Shown: positions 13,923 through 27,744, counted from the first letter of the whole stretch. The stretch is DNA of 63,509 nt, filler included, from Collodictyon triciliatum (GCA_043381765.1; 9 parts of 9 records of this genome joined end to end with filler, not necessarily neighbours in it); one strand, 5' to 3'. Made by a program: numbers and translations. The notes: generated by a model from the sequence alone, not told the origin.

Positions 13923-15051
13923 GATAAAATAAACATAGCAATAATAGATGAAAGACGGGAAAAAACAACTGAAAAGTGCCTCTTTCCCAAAGATGGACTG
14001 TTGAGTCATACATCATACCCTTAAGTCCATGAACCGTAAATACACCACCCCGTCACGATGGCATAACGTAAGAAATCCAGTGAAGCAAGAGTCAGCCCAC
14101 GAGTCCCCACTGGACAAATACAGCTTCGCAACTGTTGAAAATATTTCCTACGTGAAAAATGCGAATCATTTTATTGTTTAAAACAAATTAGCCTTTTTTT
14201 TTGAACAATCAAAAGCGTATGTGATTTACATTCAATTGAGATTAAATCACACATCACAATCCGTCTGTGTAACTTTTAAATTAAAACTCTACATATGTGC
14301 AGAAAACTAATTAGATTTACCGAAGCCCGGCCAAGCCCCTTTTTGATTAGGTCTCTTTCTTCCTTGTTGATTATGTGAGACATTCCTGGCTTTATATGCA
14401 ATAGTTTCGCTCAAAGGAGCGATGTTATCATTTTTTAGAAGAAAAAAATGAAACATTTAGTATCTGCAGCGAGACCGCAGCGACGTCTTTCTCGGAGTGC
14501 TTTCCGGTCTTTGTGTAACACTTAAAAGACTTTCCGGCGGTTCATTAAGTTTTATACCCAAGTCTCCCATATTAACCACCACACCTGCTTTTCTGCGAGG
14601 CTTATTGCCCTTTTGGATGCACAGGTCAATGGGACGCTGTGACCAAAGCCTGTTCGTTGGGCGTGTTTGTGCGATTACGGAGATTTGTCCATGCAATCAT
14701 CACAAACAGACATCACCCAACTCTGAACAGGTCAGATTTGAACAGTGGACTCGACTCGCCCCGCTTCCTGGCTGCAGAATACTTACGTTTTCCTCAATTC
14801 TTTGTGGGAGAGACCTTCCATGTTTTGATTTCATTCCACGACGCGATTCTCTGTTGTTGCATACTGTTGATATTTATATTTCAGCTTATTTATTCATTTC
14901 CTTCGGATTCCCTTCGAGGTGATTCCCTTCGTTCCAAGTCCAAGTCCAGCTCGGGGTCGACGAATTTTGAACAGGAGGAAGGGAAAGAAGAGAGAGAAAA
15001 AAAGTGTGTGATGATGTCTTGGGTGCGCAGAAGCATCAGGTAAAATTATGC

Positions 15052-17519
15052 TTATTCTGCATCGTCGTTTTGGTCCTCCTTGTCTCCCTCACCTTCGCTG
15101 TCATCTTCATCGTCGTTTTCCGGAACAGAGTATATGGTGATGACAGGCTAAAATAGGCAGTCGTAGGGTAAGTATTTTTCGCATCGCCTAGACGCTTCAT
15201 GAAAGAAAAGAGAACTGGGGAGTAGAGGAGAGCGCGTCTTTCAAGAACGTGTACATCAAGTGATCACCTGTGTGGGCTCTCTTAGGAGTATGTGCTTCCC
15301 ATCAGGCAATTTACGGAGTGTCTGAATGATTTTCTTTAGAATGGCCCATGTGTTTTCCGGCTGCAAATCAATTTGGGGAGCAAACTCTTTCGGCTTAAAG
15401 CTGGAGACCGCGAGGACGGTGTGGTTGTTCGGGTCCTTTATCGAATTGCGAGAAACAAACCTATGTGTCAAATCGTGAGGATGAGAGTTCAGCGATTGAT
15501 AGGGATAAACCTGTCACCACAAGACGTGCTTATTGCGTTTGATGAAAAGGGGAATTACAAGTCATGAATAATGGCGAGACAAATTAAAATGGCTCTGTTG
15601 GGCATTGATGAAAAGAAAAAATCGGCAGCATAGACAAGCTTACCCAATTTTCATGGATTCGACATCACCAAGCATCGCACGAGTCACCCAGTTGCAAAGC
15701 TTGTGGGCGTTGTTTTTGCACTCACTGCTTAAAATGGCACCGCGGTGTGAATCGACTTTCTGCCTCCAGTCAGTTCCTGAGAAGCGAGGGTCATATTCAT
15801 TGAGGGCGTGGATGTTGTAAAATTGAGCTTTCTCCTGCTCCTTTGAGGCCGGGCTGCATGCATCTACACGAGTACGAGCAACAAGTACGATGTCATCTCC
15901 AAGGGCCCATTTACGGTAGCGATAACCAACAGCAGAGGACAATCCTTGAGTTCCAAAGGGATTTGGACGCTGCAGCTTCATCACTGGTGGCTTGACCTAT
16001 GGATGGAAACCAGAACAATTAGAAGGCCAAGAGAATCAAGTATATCAAGAAGAAAAAAGAAGACACAATCTTGCTTTCGCGATGAGAATGATTGCTATTT
16101 CTAAAAGATGATGCACTCTTATATAATAGGCAGACCTTAAGGAGGGTTTGGTTGTGGAACAGAGTATTGATGGTGGTGGCCTCTTTGCTAAGGGAGGATG
16201 CAGAGTTGATGGAATCGTCTTCTGGGGGCAGTTCGGCACAATTTTCGTTCACGGTAAGACGGCCTAGGAGAATGTGATTGGGTACAGGGAGTATAAAAGA
16301 AATGCCAGATATTAGAGAATAGTAAAATCACAAAACTAGACAAAATCGGAAGGTACCGGCGTATCAAGAGAGGAACGGCGATATAAAAATATATCAGAGG
16401 GGGGAAAACGCTAAACATGTATATGTTCTTGTGCATATTTGAAAGTTACTCTGGTCTTGATCGTTTCTGTGGCTGATAAAAAGAGTGTTATTGACTTTGT
16501 GAACAACCAAGTCCCAAGAGTAGATGGAACGTGGAGAACACGCCAGTGTGGCGAGAACAGAGTCTGTGGCATAGACATTTCCAGCAAGCTTCATGGTCAG
16601 CTCTCTGATGACGGGGTCATATACGGTGACTTCCTCATGGATGGGCTTGACAGGCGCCTTTTCCAGCTTCTTTTCGCTGCGGGCATAGATCTTCTCCATG
16701 TTGCGGTCGTAGACACCGACAGTTCCGCATGTGACGCTATTGAGCGAGAGCGCGAACAAGCGAATAAGCGAGTAAGTAAGTGCACGCACGAGCCAAGTCA
16801 CATATGAAAAAGTCAACGGACGGATTGAGCATGAAGCACGACGACAGATAAAGCATAGACAAGCGCCGTACAGATCGTCTGCCTCTGGGATCGGGCCCGA
16901 CAGCTTTGCGAGTTGGGTGAGGGAGATGGCGCCCGCATTCTTCCAGGTGGGTTTGACCTCGATGGATGCGTCCGGGCCTTTGACTCCGCCCTCGTCGAAG
17001 CGCGCAGCCCTGCGGAAGACATTCTGGTTGATGCCGGCTGTGGAAGGCGTGGAGCGCGTGGGCTTTGAGCGGTCGTCCTTGCGGATGCGTGGGCCGGCGC
17101 CGATCTTCTTTGCGTTGGCCGGCTTCTTGGGTGCGCGGTTGTCCACCGTCACGAACGAGTTTTCGTTCTCTTGAGCCTGCACAAACAGGGAGTTGGCAGC
17201 AGGCGCTCCTGGGAAATGACAGTGTGAGCTGGTTGCGGCGGCAAAAAGGAGACCAGAGAAGCGAGGGAGAGAGAGCCAAAAAAAAAAAAAAGTGATCCTG
17301 TGCAGTGAAAAGGCGAGTAAGGCCGAGAATAGGGAAGGCACACATACTCCAGCCGCCGCGGTATTGTGGGGCAGAGGCCATTGCCCAGTCGGCTGCGCGG
17401 CCAAGTTTTTCGTTTTTGTTGAAGGTGAGAAAGGGAATCCCGGCAAACTGCTCCAGCGTCCCGGTAGGGCCCCAGCCGTCCGGATTGTGGGCAATAATCG
17501 GCGGCACAAAGTCTGCCAT
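15052..17519 (-). CDS. eIF3d: Eukaryotic translation initiation factor 3 subunit D (multi-exon)
   Basis: MADFVPPIIAHNPDGWGP...FNKNEKLGRAADW; ENSFVTVDNR; DASIEVKPTW; ATDSVLATLACSPRSIYSWDLVV; YRYRKWALGDDIVLVART; ALNEYDPRFSGTDWRQKVDSHRGAILSSECKNN; FVSRNSIKDPNNHTVL; acidic tail. All are hallmark eIF3d motifs. Confidence 0.96.
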
Positions 17520-19353
17520 TTTCCGGTGCTTCTGACGACAAAGACGAGTGTTACTGGGTTGAGGCAAGCAGGCTTCACGCAAGAATCAGACACCACACGC
17601 GGATGAAAGAGTCAGCAAAGTGCGCGGGAACTGGATAATGAGAAGGTCGGGCAGAGTAGACTGCACAGGAAGAAAAGTCCTTCTTTGGACGGCTTCTGTC
17701 GCGCAGCGGCTCGTCGCTGATTTTGTGGGGGCAGCACAGGAGCCCGCCTGCTAAGTCAGATCACTGCGGATCGTGGCTGATTCGCTGCGGCCCAAGCGAA
17801 GGCTGCGAAGGGTGAGCGATGCTGAGAATCAATAATCTGCTTCGTGCGAGTGGGCGTGTGGTCTGGCTATCGACGGCTACCAAGGCTACTGATTCCATTT
17901 TTGGAATTTAGCTGTGCGTCTTTGTGGACACCAAGCAAGAAGACAAAGCTGTCACGTCACAATACAAAGCTGTCATGCCACAATACGATACCACAAGGCC
18001 TGTTCGATTCTCAGGGTACATAGTTGGGAAGGGCCCTGCCCCGGTGAAGCCATGTCATGGTTGATGGGGAGACTTTCAGACGCTTGAAAACAACCCCACA
18101 TGTCGCCTGCAGATGGAACACCCCGACCCGAGTATATCCTGCGTTTAGTGGGTTATGAACAGCTTCATCAGGGAAGCATTCGAACCACGACTATCATAAA
18201 TCAGAAGATCTTTTTTTTTCCATCGGATTAACAAATGCTCTCTGACATGTTTTCAATGCAATCTTTCTATTTGTCATGATGATGCCATTGGCTTTTTGTA
18301 GCAGAAATATCCTAGGTGATTGCGTAAGGATTGCATTGCATACAACGAAAAAGTCGAATCAGAGAAAAATATTTCACATTCGTATCCGTCCACACAGTTC
18401 CCAAAATAAATGATTTCAACTCTTTTGGCTTTTGAGCATCCATCATACCAAAGCGATTCTGCTCAGCGCTGAATGGAGGATTCATCCTTGAATGATATAA
18501 CATGACTGAAAAATCAACTTTTGGAGAGCTTTCCTGTTAAAATCGTCACTTAGGGGTGGCATTTAAACGACAAAGAGAGTGTAATTTGTCAAAATGAAGT
18601 CAATGTCAAACACATGACTCAAATAGATGGAGCCCCGATGTCTTTGTCATCGCTGAATACGGAGAGAGGCACCGCAAAAGCCTGGGCCTTACACCTCGAG
18701 AACAGTTACAAAAATGAGAAATATTACGGTCTTGGTCAACTTTCAGGGGAGGTGGGAGTGAATTGAAGATGAACCAAATTTGTGGTGTTTGGAGCAGTGG
18801 ACTAAAGTTTGTCGAAATGGAGGGTGGTAACACAAAAAACTTTCACGCGCAGCCCCCCAACGAAGGGTAGAGTCGAAGTCGACAAAGAATCAAAAAAAAA
18901 AATAACGTAGGGGAAGAAGGAAGTTTAATGCAAAGGTGTACACATAGCCAAAATCCTCTAAGAGGCTCAATTATATGAGTAATGGTTCTTGGAAAGTGAT
19001 GTGTAGCAGCCTACCCCAACGCTTCACTGAGAGTGGAGTGACTAAATAAAGCGTCCGGGGTGGAATGAGTAAAAGGGTTGTGAGTATATTCGTGCTTGTG
19101 CTTTCTGGAGTTCAAAGTGCAACACAAGATTATCCAAACTACGGACTTGAGACCCGAGAAAAAAGTGAAATAGAGACTGTAGTAAGGTAAAGATGAATTA
19201 GGAAAATCCATTCAATACGTTGAAATATTCTCATGAATACGATAAACATCTAATTTGTGTACCTTTTAAAGGAGTGTTCAGGTATGAAACTTTTTTGCCA
19301 AGGATAGAGCCACCACAAGAAGGATATTCTCAAACTTTTTTGAATGAGAAGAT

Positions 19354-19689
19354 GAAAAAACTTATGGACATTTTTTTTTCCTTTATTCGATTCAAAGTGT
19401 AGCGAGGTTATGCCATACAAAGGGGCGGGATGGGAGCGCATGGGAGAGAGCAAACGCGAGTAGGTGAAGACACTACCGTGGAGAGGCTAGCACTGGAAAG
19501 AAATCAGTGATAGCGAGCTGGTCAGGTGGGCGTCCCAACTGGTTGATTGGTTGTGTGGGCAGCAGTGGTTGGATATGCTGTGGGAGATATCTTACGACAC
19601 ATTCCCACATCTCTCTTCGCTTGCGGTCAGAGTAGCGAAGAATGCGAGCGTGTTTCAGCAGGCTGTTCAGGAAAAAACTTATGGACATT
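19354..19689 (-). mobile_element. 298-bp 5'-truncated non-LTR retrotransposon copy (ORF 3' end + 3'UTR + AATAAA + poly(A)) with perfect 19-bp TSD
   Basis: gaaaaaacttatggacatt occurs at 19354-19372 and 19671-19689. The insert on minus encodes ...HARILRYSDRKRREMWECVVRYLPQ...FFPVLASPR* then ends CACTTTGAATCGAATAAAGG(A)n. Confidence 0.85.
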
Positions 19690-20931
19690 AAATGCTTACT
19701 ATAAAGTAGATTGTCTATGATGTATGAATATTGAGGAGATATATTGTTCCGGCAAATATGAAGACTAATACATAATATAGAAAAAGTGCAGACCTAGAAA
19801 ACTAAAACAAAAAAAAAGGAATATCAAGTAGGAAAGTTCTGGATTATGTCATATGCATATTTCAGAGTTCATCTGAGAGGACTTGATTTCGAAAAAAAAA
19901 TCAAAAAATGCAAAGCAAGATGAAGCGGTAGGGACATTTCAACCAAGGCATCGTTAAATCCAGTAACTCTGACAAAAAATAATCGTTGAAAATACTGAGC
20001 TACTGAATGGAAGCAACCAAAACTCTTTGAATTTCGCCGCAAAATCTAAAGACTTTAGTCACAGCCGGATAGGACATAAAAAGACAATCACCAGTGCATT
20101 CTACCCCACCACAGTTGTGAAGCATGCGTTCGCAATGGAGGTAATCCATTCCTTCAAGGTTCGCATCGAAACTGACGCATACTGAAAGCCGCTTTTTTTC
20201 ATGGATTAAAGAAGGGATTTTTTCTGCTGCTTGAGTGTCATGAAAACTGGTGAAAGCAAGGGTTAATGCAAATCGATATCGAATGCGCCTTTTTACTTTT
20301 TGTTACCAGCACATCATAGTCATGCGGTAGGCTAAAATCTGTTTGATTGTTGCTCACACTTCGCCATGCTTTGGGATTTCCTCTTCAGCTTCCAAGCTAT
20401 CAAAGGGTGGCGCACAGCAGCCAAGCCCTTTTTTCACGCGATGATATAAATGACTCTATGTGAGAAAAAAAAAGCCCAAAACAAAACCAAGACTAAAGCA
20501 GGCACGCGCTCCTAAACAGAAAATTTAATATTAAGTCAAGAACAGTTTGTTTGTTTGTTTGTTTGTTTGTTTGTTTGTTTGTTTGTTTGTTTGTTTGTTT
20601 GTTTGTTTGTTTGTTTGTTTGTTTGTTTGTTTGTTTGTTTGNNNNNNNNNNNNNNNNNNNNNNNNNNNNNNNNNNNNNNNNNNNNTTAATTAATTAANNN
20701 NNNNNNNNNNNNNNNNNNNNNNNNNNNNNNNNNNNNNNNNNTAATACCAATAATACCAATAATACCAATAATACCAATAATACCAATAATACCAATAATA
20801 CCAATAATACCAATAATACCAATAATACCAATAATACCAATAATACCGATAATACCAATAATACCAATAATACCGATAATACCAATAACAAGAAAAGAAG
20901 AGAAAAATACCAGGAAACTCGTAACTTCTCA

Positions 20932-20998
20932 CCTGTGGGATGAAAGTCAAGCCGGACGGCTGATCTACAAGAACCACGTTCGGAACTACTGTAGCCAT
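20932..20998 (-). CDS. Probable first coding exon (MATVVPNVVLVDQPSGLTFIPQ) of a gene truncated at the scaffold edge
   Basis: ATG followed by an open frame ending at a CAG|GTGAGA donor, then an intronic 9-mer repeat and the scaffold end. Confidence 0.4.
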
Positions 20999-21294
20999 CT
21001 TTTCACGATGACAGTTTAGGTGAGCTATTCTCGAGGAGGCAGAGATTGGAAAAAGGAAGTCCAACAACACCAACTTTCTTGTCCCTTTCCTTACTTTACT
21101 TTTTGTTTTGTTTCCCTGGGTGTCAGACAGGCAGGAGGAATTAAAATGCTCTTATCTATGAATAATTAAAAAAAAAAAATCTCGTCGACTCGAATGCGTT
21201 TATTCGTGGGAATCATGGCAAAAAGCTTTTGATGGGGATCGTCCAAGACACGAGGGCATATCTTCGAAATGATGCCGCATTGCTGCCGGTTTAT

Positions 21295-21457
21295 CTAAGG
21301 CTGACTCGCATCTGCGACAGGAGCAGTTGTCACAACAGGCTCGCGCACCATGAAAAAGTTATCGTATTCGTTGGAAGGGTCTCCTGTGGTTGTAAAGCGC
21401 GCCTCACGCACTAATTTGAAGCCCCTGGATACATAATATATAGGCATCAGCCAGAGC

Positions 21458-21508
<51 letters not shown>

Positions 21509-22213
21509 TTCCAAGACACCCCCCTCCACCAATCTCATATTCATATCATCTAGAGACCACCAGAAACAAATCAATATCTTCTTTTGTTCTTTCGTTTTGT
21601 CTTAGGAACACACTTACAGTCGCTCATAAAACGTGACATTCCGTCTGGATTGTGTCGCAAGGAGCACAGGCATCTGTTCATGGTCAGCTTTGACCAGAGC
21701 AGCACTCAAGCACTTTGAGCCGACGCCTTTCCCCTGGACTGTCGGGTGCACAACCATGCGCTGAAGCGAGTAGAACTTGCGCGAGCCCATGATTTCATGC
21801 TCCTGTGACTCGAACCAGCCACCGGCCGCCAATAAGCGCTTTGTGGCGCCCCATCCGCACTCAAAGGGCATGCGATAAAGCCCAGCACGAAGCTTGTCCC
21901 ACAGACCGATGGAAGCCTCATTTGATGGCACCAACATGTAGAAGCATTTCGCCTCTAAGGTGGAGGTGTACGCCTGTTCGTTGTGAGTTGCTGGCTTCTC
22001 GGCCCAAAGGAACAATGACGATGGACTTTTTTGTTGGATGAGCCAGAAGTTTGAGTGAAAGAACCACCGCAGCTGCCTTTCTCGGTCGGCCTCGGGGGAG
22101 TCAATGAGGATATCGACGTAACATTCTGTTGCTTTCATGGCTGCAGCCGCGATAGACGCTGCCGCTTCGAGTTGGACAGGGTCTAGGTTTTCCAGCCGAA
22201 TAAACTCGCCCAT
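21295..22213 (-). CDS. GNAT-family N-acetyltransferase, 2 exons (22213-21618, 21424-21295)
   Basis: Motif A 'LQRMVVHPTVQGKGVGSKCL' and motif B 'LATQSRRNVTFYERL|GFKLV'. Canonical GT-AG intron containing (CAT)n. Confidence 0.9.
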
Positions 22214-22704
22214 GACTGGGGTGGGATAGGGTGATATCTTGTGGTTAGAAGGAGGCCTTAATGAACTCGATTGAACTCAGAGACAAGTGAGAGTGTTTAA
22301 ATAGGCCTCCTGCAGAATTGTTATCGGGTGGGCTTTCTTTCTCGTTCTTGTGGGGTTATTCGGCTCCTAACCGGACAGGAAACAGAACATCATATTCTGC
22401 TCGCGCTCGGTGATTTTCATCTCTGCTGGCGGGTTCAGGATATCTTATGTACTTCTCAGCCGACCGCAAAGTGGGCCAACAAAACCACAATTAAAAAAAA
22501 AAAGAGACGGAAAGAAGACAAAAGAAAAAGCTGGAAAGCAAGTAAGCAAACGAATGCTACGAAAAAGCCTAAGAATGAAAGAGAGTAAAGACGACCAAAA
22601 GAGCAAGTTAGATCTATAAGGAAAAATTATATTTGGATTTTTCTAATTCCGGACAATCTGCATGGAAATCCTTCATATGGCTCGAGAGTGCTTGATGACT
22701 CACA

Positions 22705-23476
22705 AACAAGAAAATCATGGGAATATCTTTTTCATTATATAAAAATCTTAGCTGTTCAGCCCGTCTCAACAATCTTTCATTCAACCATCAGGCAAGTAGT
22801 TCCAAAGTAGGTGGTGATGTGTGGGAGATAGAAGAAACAGGGATAAAAATAAAAGAAAAAGGGAAAAGAGTAGTCCTTGAGGCTTGATAAGAGACGCATG
22901 GATTTCTTTTGGGGACGCATGATAGTGTCCCACGAGCATGAGAAAAAAGGAACGGGTGATATTGACTGGATGGAGGAGGGGGAATACTGCTTTGATGGCG
23001 CAAGGTGTCGAAAAGGATGGTGAAAAGAGAAGTGAGGTTCGTTTGATAAGCACCGGGTCGAGAGCAAAGAGGACTTCTCTGCATGGTTGACTCACCTCCT
23101 TCCAGACCGTATTAGGGTCTTTTCAGTAGGGGTTGTCGAAGGGATTTCTCCATCTTGCTTGCAAGACCTATGGCTATAAGCATCCACTCCCTGGTGTCTC
23201 TCTCAACCAAGGTCGGGAGTTTTGGCTTTGATACCGCAGGTCTTGCAAGCGGATTTGGTCAGCTATTCAGGACTCACGCGTCATGAGGTGTTAGCTGCCT
23301 GCAGTCTCTTGGCTCAGGGAGTCTGTTAATGGGTTCGTTTGGGGTAGGGTATGGGCATGATGGTCGGTATACCCATAGAGGAGGTCAGGACTGATGCGAG
23401 GTATCCAGGAGAGGATGTTTGGTTCCAAATTGTTTTGACACTCGAAGGCTTGTGAAAGTGAACAAGAAAATCATGG
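22705..23476. mobile_element. Possible degenerate 740-bp insertion flanked by a 16-bp direct repeat
   Basis: aacaagaaaatcatgg at 22705-22720 and 23461-23476. The interior is more GC-rich with interrupted frames and has no recognisable domain. Confidence 0.4.
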
Positions 23477-23628
23477 AAATCTTTCATAAATGACATTGGA
23501 AGCTAGTCAGTAAAGTATGATGCGTGCATAGTCGATAGTTTAAATTCTCAACACCTGTTTTCACGACGCACAAATGTTGACCATAATATTCTCCAAAATT
23601 TACTAAAATGATATGCCAAGTAATAGTT

Positions 23629-23689
23629 AAAAGGAGAGAGTGCATCATACTTCCCTTGAATCGAATAAAGGGAAAAAGTAGAGAGGGTA
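23629..23689 (+). mobile_element. About 29-nt retroelement 3'-end remnant with degenerate TSD
   Basis: CTTCCCTTGAATCGAATAAAGGGAAAAA lies between aaaaggagagagtgca and aaaagtagagagggta (13/16). Confidence 0.6.
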
Positions 23690-24839
23690 CGAAGAGACGA
23701 AGAGCATCAAGGTAAGTTTGTGAACAAAGATTTTTCTCTTCCTTTACTACAATCAAAGTAGTTTTTTAACGAAGTTGAAAAGGTGTTTAGAAATGTCAAT
23801 TGTTGGCCTGTGGGGATAGAATCAGGAGCTACCCTACCAGAGAATTTCTTTGCCTCATGATGGACAGGTTGAGAACAATACCACCAACACTGAGTCAAGC
23901 ACTAAGTGAGAACGAGTGAAGTCATCAAAACCTGGCGGTAAATCTTTAGATGCTGTAATTTACAAACGCCAACAGCGGAGACCCTTTGATTACATATTTT
24001 TCAGATGCCACACAGATGGCGAAAAGCAGACCGCTAAGAGAAAAAAAAAGCTAATAACTGCAAGAGGGCCGGATTCTGGAAGGGACATGGCTGCGGTATA
24101 CTACGAAACGTTTGGGCCCATCACAAGTATGAAGTGAAGCCTTTCCCTTTGCGTTACGGATTCGGTTTCTGCGGATAATACGCATTGCCGTTCGCACAAT
24201 AGAATGAAGGGGCTCCAATGAGTCGCCGTGTGGTTTGTCCCTATAATTATAGCAAACCAATTATTTTTCTTGTGTATTGTTGTAATATAGGAATATAAAT
24301 CTCATCTAATTGGCTGATGAAAGAATATCATCATAAAATCCAAATTTGCATAAGCCGTGTTTCGGAAATGTCCACGGAAATATGCATATAAGGAAATCTA
24401 TCTAACCAAACTATGCCAGGCCATAGCAAGAAAAAATAGCATTTAAACGGGTCACGACCAAATTTGTTCTATTCATCAAGGAAATCATCTTATATGTCGT
24501 ATTTATTATACGGTAAACTAGTCTCTGTACAGTTGGCTCCATATGATTGAACAAAAAGGGATGAAAAAGCTGATCGCACTTCAAATCCAATCTGGTAGCC
24601 TTCGGGCCGTATGAACCTGATCTCACTCACGCCTAGAAGCGAAGCCAAACATTCTTTATTGGATTATGCGCATATATGCTTTGTTTAATGTGTCTCTGTG
24701 CCGTTTGAAACGAAAAAAGGAGAAAAAAGCGCTCCTCTCCTCCATTTGCTGACTAAAGCTTTTTTTGCCATCTTACCTGGAAGCAAAAAGAGGCTCTTTC
24801 TGGCTTGACTTAGAGTAACAGGAAGCAAGGAAGGCAAGC

Positions 24840-26750
24840 ATGGTATTATACGAGACTTGTGATCACCTTCTGACTATCGATATTAGTCTCCAAAATGTTG
24901 TTCTTTTTCTTTTGTGTGCGCTTGCTGGATCCTTATCCCGGACATGCATGTCTTTCTTTCTTTCGATACCTTAAAGTACACGCCATTATGTAACCGACTC
25001 GTCTTTGGTGCTTTATATTCTGAACACAAAACTATTGCTTGGAACACATCACAGTCGTGGTTGGTTTTTGGTGCAGAAAATGGATGGATTGGACAAAAGC
25101 TTGTGGCTCTGCTGCGTGAAGAGGGAAAAGAGGCCCACATTGCCCGTTCTCGTCTGGAGGATCGCGAGGCCGTGATCAAGTATAAAACGATAAGTTTATA
25201 AATCAAATGTGAAACCTTTATACATATATTGCTATGTCGATTTATTTATGAGAAATGATCCCGAAAAAGAAAAAAAGAAAAAAAGCATTACGTGCTTCTT
25301 TTATGTTTTTTTTTTGACTGGATCAATAAACTATGAAACATCCATCCCTCATTTGAACCACACGAATGTAATTTGAAGGGAGCTGGAAACTATCAGCCCA
25401 AAATACGTGCTGAACGCCGCCGGTGTGGTAAGTGGTCACATCATTTTATTTTTTACTCCCGCACAGCCACGAGTCTATTTCGTTTGCAACAAGGCCACGT
25501 CTCACAATCCTATAAAATTGGTCTGAAAACTTGACTGTTCTTACCTCCTCAGACTTTTGAGAAACTGTATTTATCTTCTTCGACATAGACTGGCCGACCG
25601 AATGTGGACTGGTGCGAGTCGAACAAGCAAACTACAATTCGGTATCTTTGAATTTATTTTTATCTTGTTTTAAACATGATCAACTTCTTTACCCGTCGTT
25701 CCAGCCCCACCACGCATAATAGATGATGCTCAACTTGTTCCTTAGCACACGAACTTTTTTTACCGCTTTTTTTAAAAATAGTTCTCGCATAAAGAACATG
25801 ATTCTCACCCTTTCATAGTTCTAATGTAGTTGGGACTCTCAACCTGGCCGACTGCTGCTTCCAACGTGGAATTCATGTTACAAATTTTGCCACGGGTTGT
25901 ATTTATCAATACGACGAAGCACATCCTTTGGGCTCCGGAATCGGCTTCAAAGAGGAGGAAGAACCCAACTTCACCGGGTCATTTTACTCGCTCACCAAGG
26001 CCATGACTGAACGGGTAATGATGCACACTCTTTAAGCGCCATTTAAATTTCGCTACTCATACAACACAGTCAACAATCAAACATATGCACAAAAGAATAT
26101 GACTATGTGGATTTAAGTTTTCCTGGGGTCTATATTTCTAAATTATAATCAAATTCCAAACCAGCTCCTTAGCAGCTATGGTAACGTCCTCACTTTGAGA
26201 CTGAGAATGCCCATTTCAGATGACCTTCACCACCGTTCCTTCGTCACAAAGATATCCAAGTACGAGAAAGTTGTCAACGTCCCCAACTCCATGACAATCC
26301 TCCACGACTTGCTCCCAGTTTCCTTGCGCATGACTGAGCGTGAGCTGAAGGTTTAGAAAACCCAAACATTTAAACCATCAACCACTATCATAATGGTACT
26401 TGAAAATGAAAAAATGGCTACATTCCAAGCCTATAACTCGTGATAACCACTTTTGCCAATATTTTTTTTTTTGTATGTTTCTATGGGTGTTCTTGTAGGG
26501 AATCTACAACTTTACCAATCCTGGAGTGATTTCACATAACGAAATTCTGGAACTCTACAAACAGTACATCGACCCATCATTTACCTATACAAACTTCTCC
26601 TTGGAGGAACAGTCCAAAATCCTTAAGGCGCCGCGTTCAAACAACGAACTGGATGTCACGAAGCTGCTTGGCCAGTTCCCTGATATTCCTGATATCAAGA
26701 CGTCGATGGTCAATGTGTTCGAACGCATGAAGGCGAATCTTGGGAAATAA
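24840..26750 (+). CDS. dTDP/UDP-4-keto-6-deoxyglucose 3,5-epimerase/4-reductase (NRS/ER, UER1-like; rhamnose synthesis)
   Basis: M|SWLVFGAENGWIGQKL...SRLEDRE; VLNAAGV|TGRPNVDWCE; SNVVGTLNLADCC...FATGCIYQYDEAHPLGSGIGFKEEEEPNFTGSFYSLTK; LRLRMPISDDL; GIYNFTNPGVISHNEIL...APRSNNELD. Canonical introns. Confidence 0.93.
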
Positions 26751-27645
26751 GCTTTTCAAACGAGTGTTTGACTGGCATGTTGTGCACGCAGTGTAGATGA
26801 AATGAGCGAGAATGCCACTTGTGAGGTTACATTCCTTATGCGCTGACATCACCGAAAATGCCTCTCAAACGACTGGTCAACCTGGTCTACTTTTCGCCCA
26901 TTTGTGAATCAAGAACCTGCACACCACCGTCACAAACACCCGCACTGTCATACATCACTCTAAATTAAAATCGAAGGATTCACTCAACACATCTGAAAAG
27001 TGACACCGAGAGCGCCATCGCATTTTTTTCTCCTATGATTCATCATTTTGCGCCGTTCGAGTACATATTCCATTTGTTCTCTTTTCTTCGTTTCCTTTTT
27101 CTGTCCATCATTTATTCGCAACGTCCCTCTGGGCGTGTTGTTTGCTGTTAACATAGCGCTTGAATGGTGTTCACCCTCTCCACTATCCACAAACAGTTTT
27201 TAAAATACATCGCATTCTTGGGGCATTTTTTTCTTTTTTCTTTTGGCAAGGGTTATCTTTATTGAATCGATAATTCCAAAATCGCGCGATACCGGCAAGA
27301 ATCATCTACAACCCACAGGGTGACTGAGGGCTTGACTCCCACCACGAAGCCAAGTTGCCAGAAGATGTTGCATCAGAGGGAGTTTTGTGTGTCGAAGTCT
27401 TCCGAGGCAGAATCACGAAGGCTAACACTAAGCCCGTCTCGCGGAGTCACATCCTTCCTTGCCACTCGCACACAGACAGCAGATAATAGGAGCTGGCGGG
27501 GCAATCTGAGAATTATAATATTAGGATTCATGTGACATCGCAAATNNNNNNNNNNNNNNNNNNNNNNNNNNNNNNNNNNNNNNNNNNNNTTAATTAATTA
27601 ANNNNNNNNNNNNNNNNNNNNNNNNNNNNNNNNNNNNNNNNNNNN

Positions 27646-27744
<99 letters not shown>

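Noticed and set aside
16394-17596. 400-aa and 281-aa ORFs as separate overlapping genes
   Set aside because: They are eIF3d exons read through GC-rich, stop-free introns.
20742-20888. (TAATACCAA)n and other scaffold-end repeats as telomeres or CRISPR arrays
   Set aside because: The repeat unit differs at every scaffold end and there are no spacers. These are simple repeats where the assembly broke.
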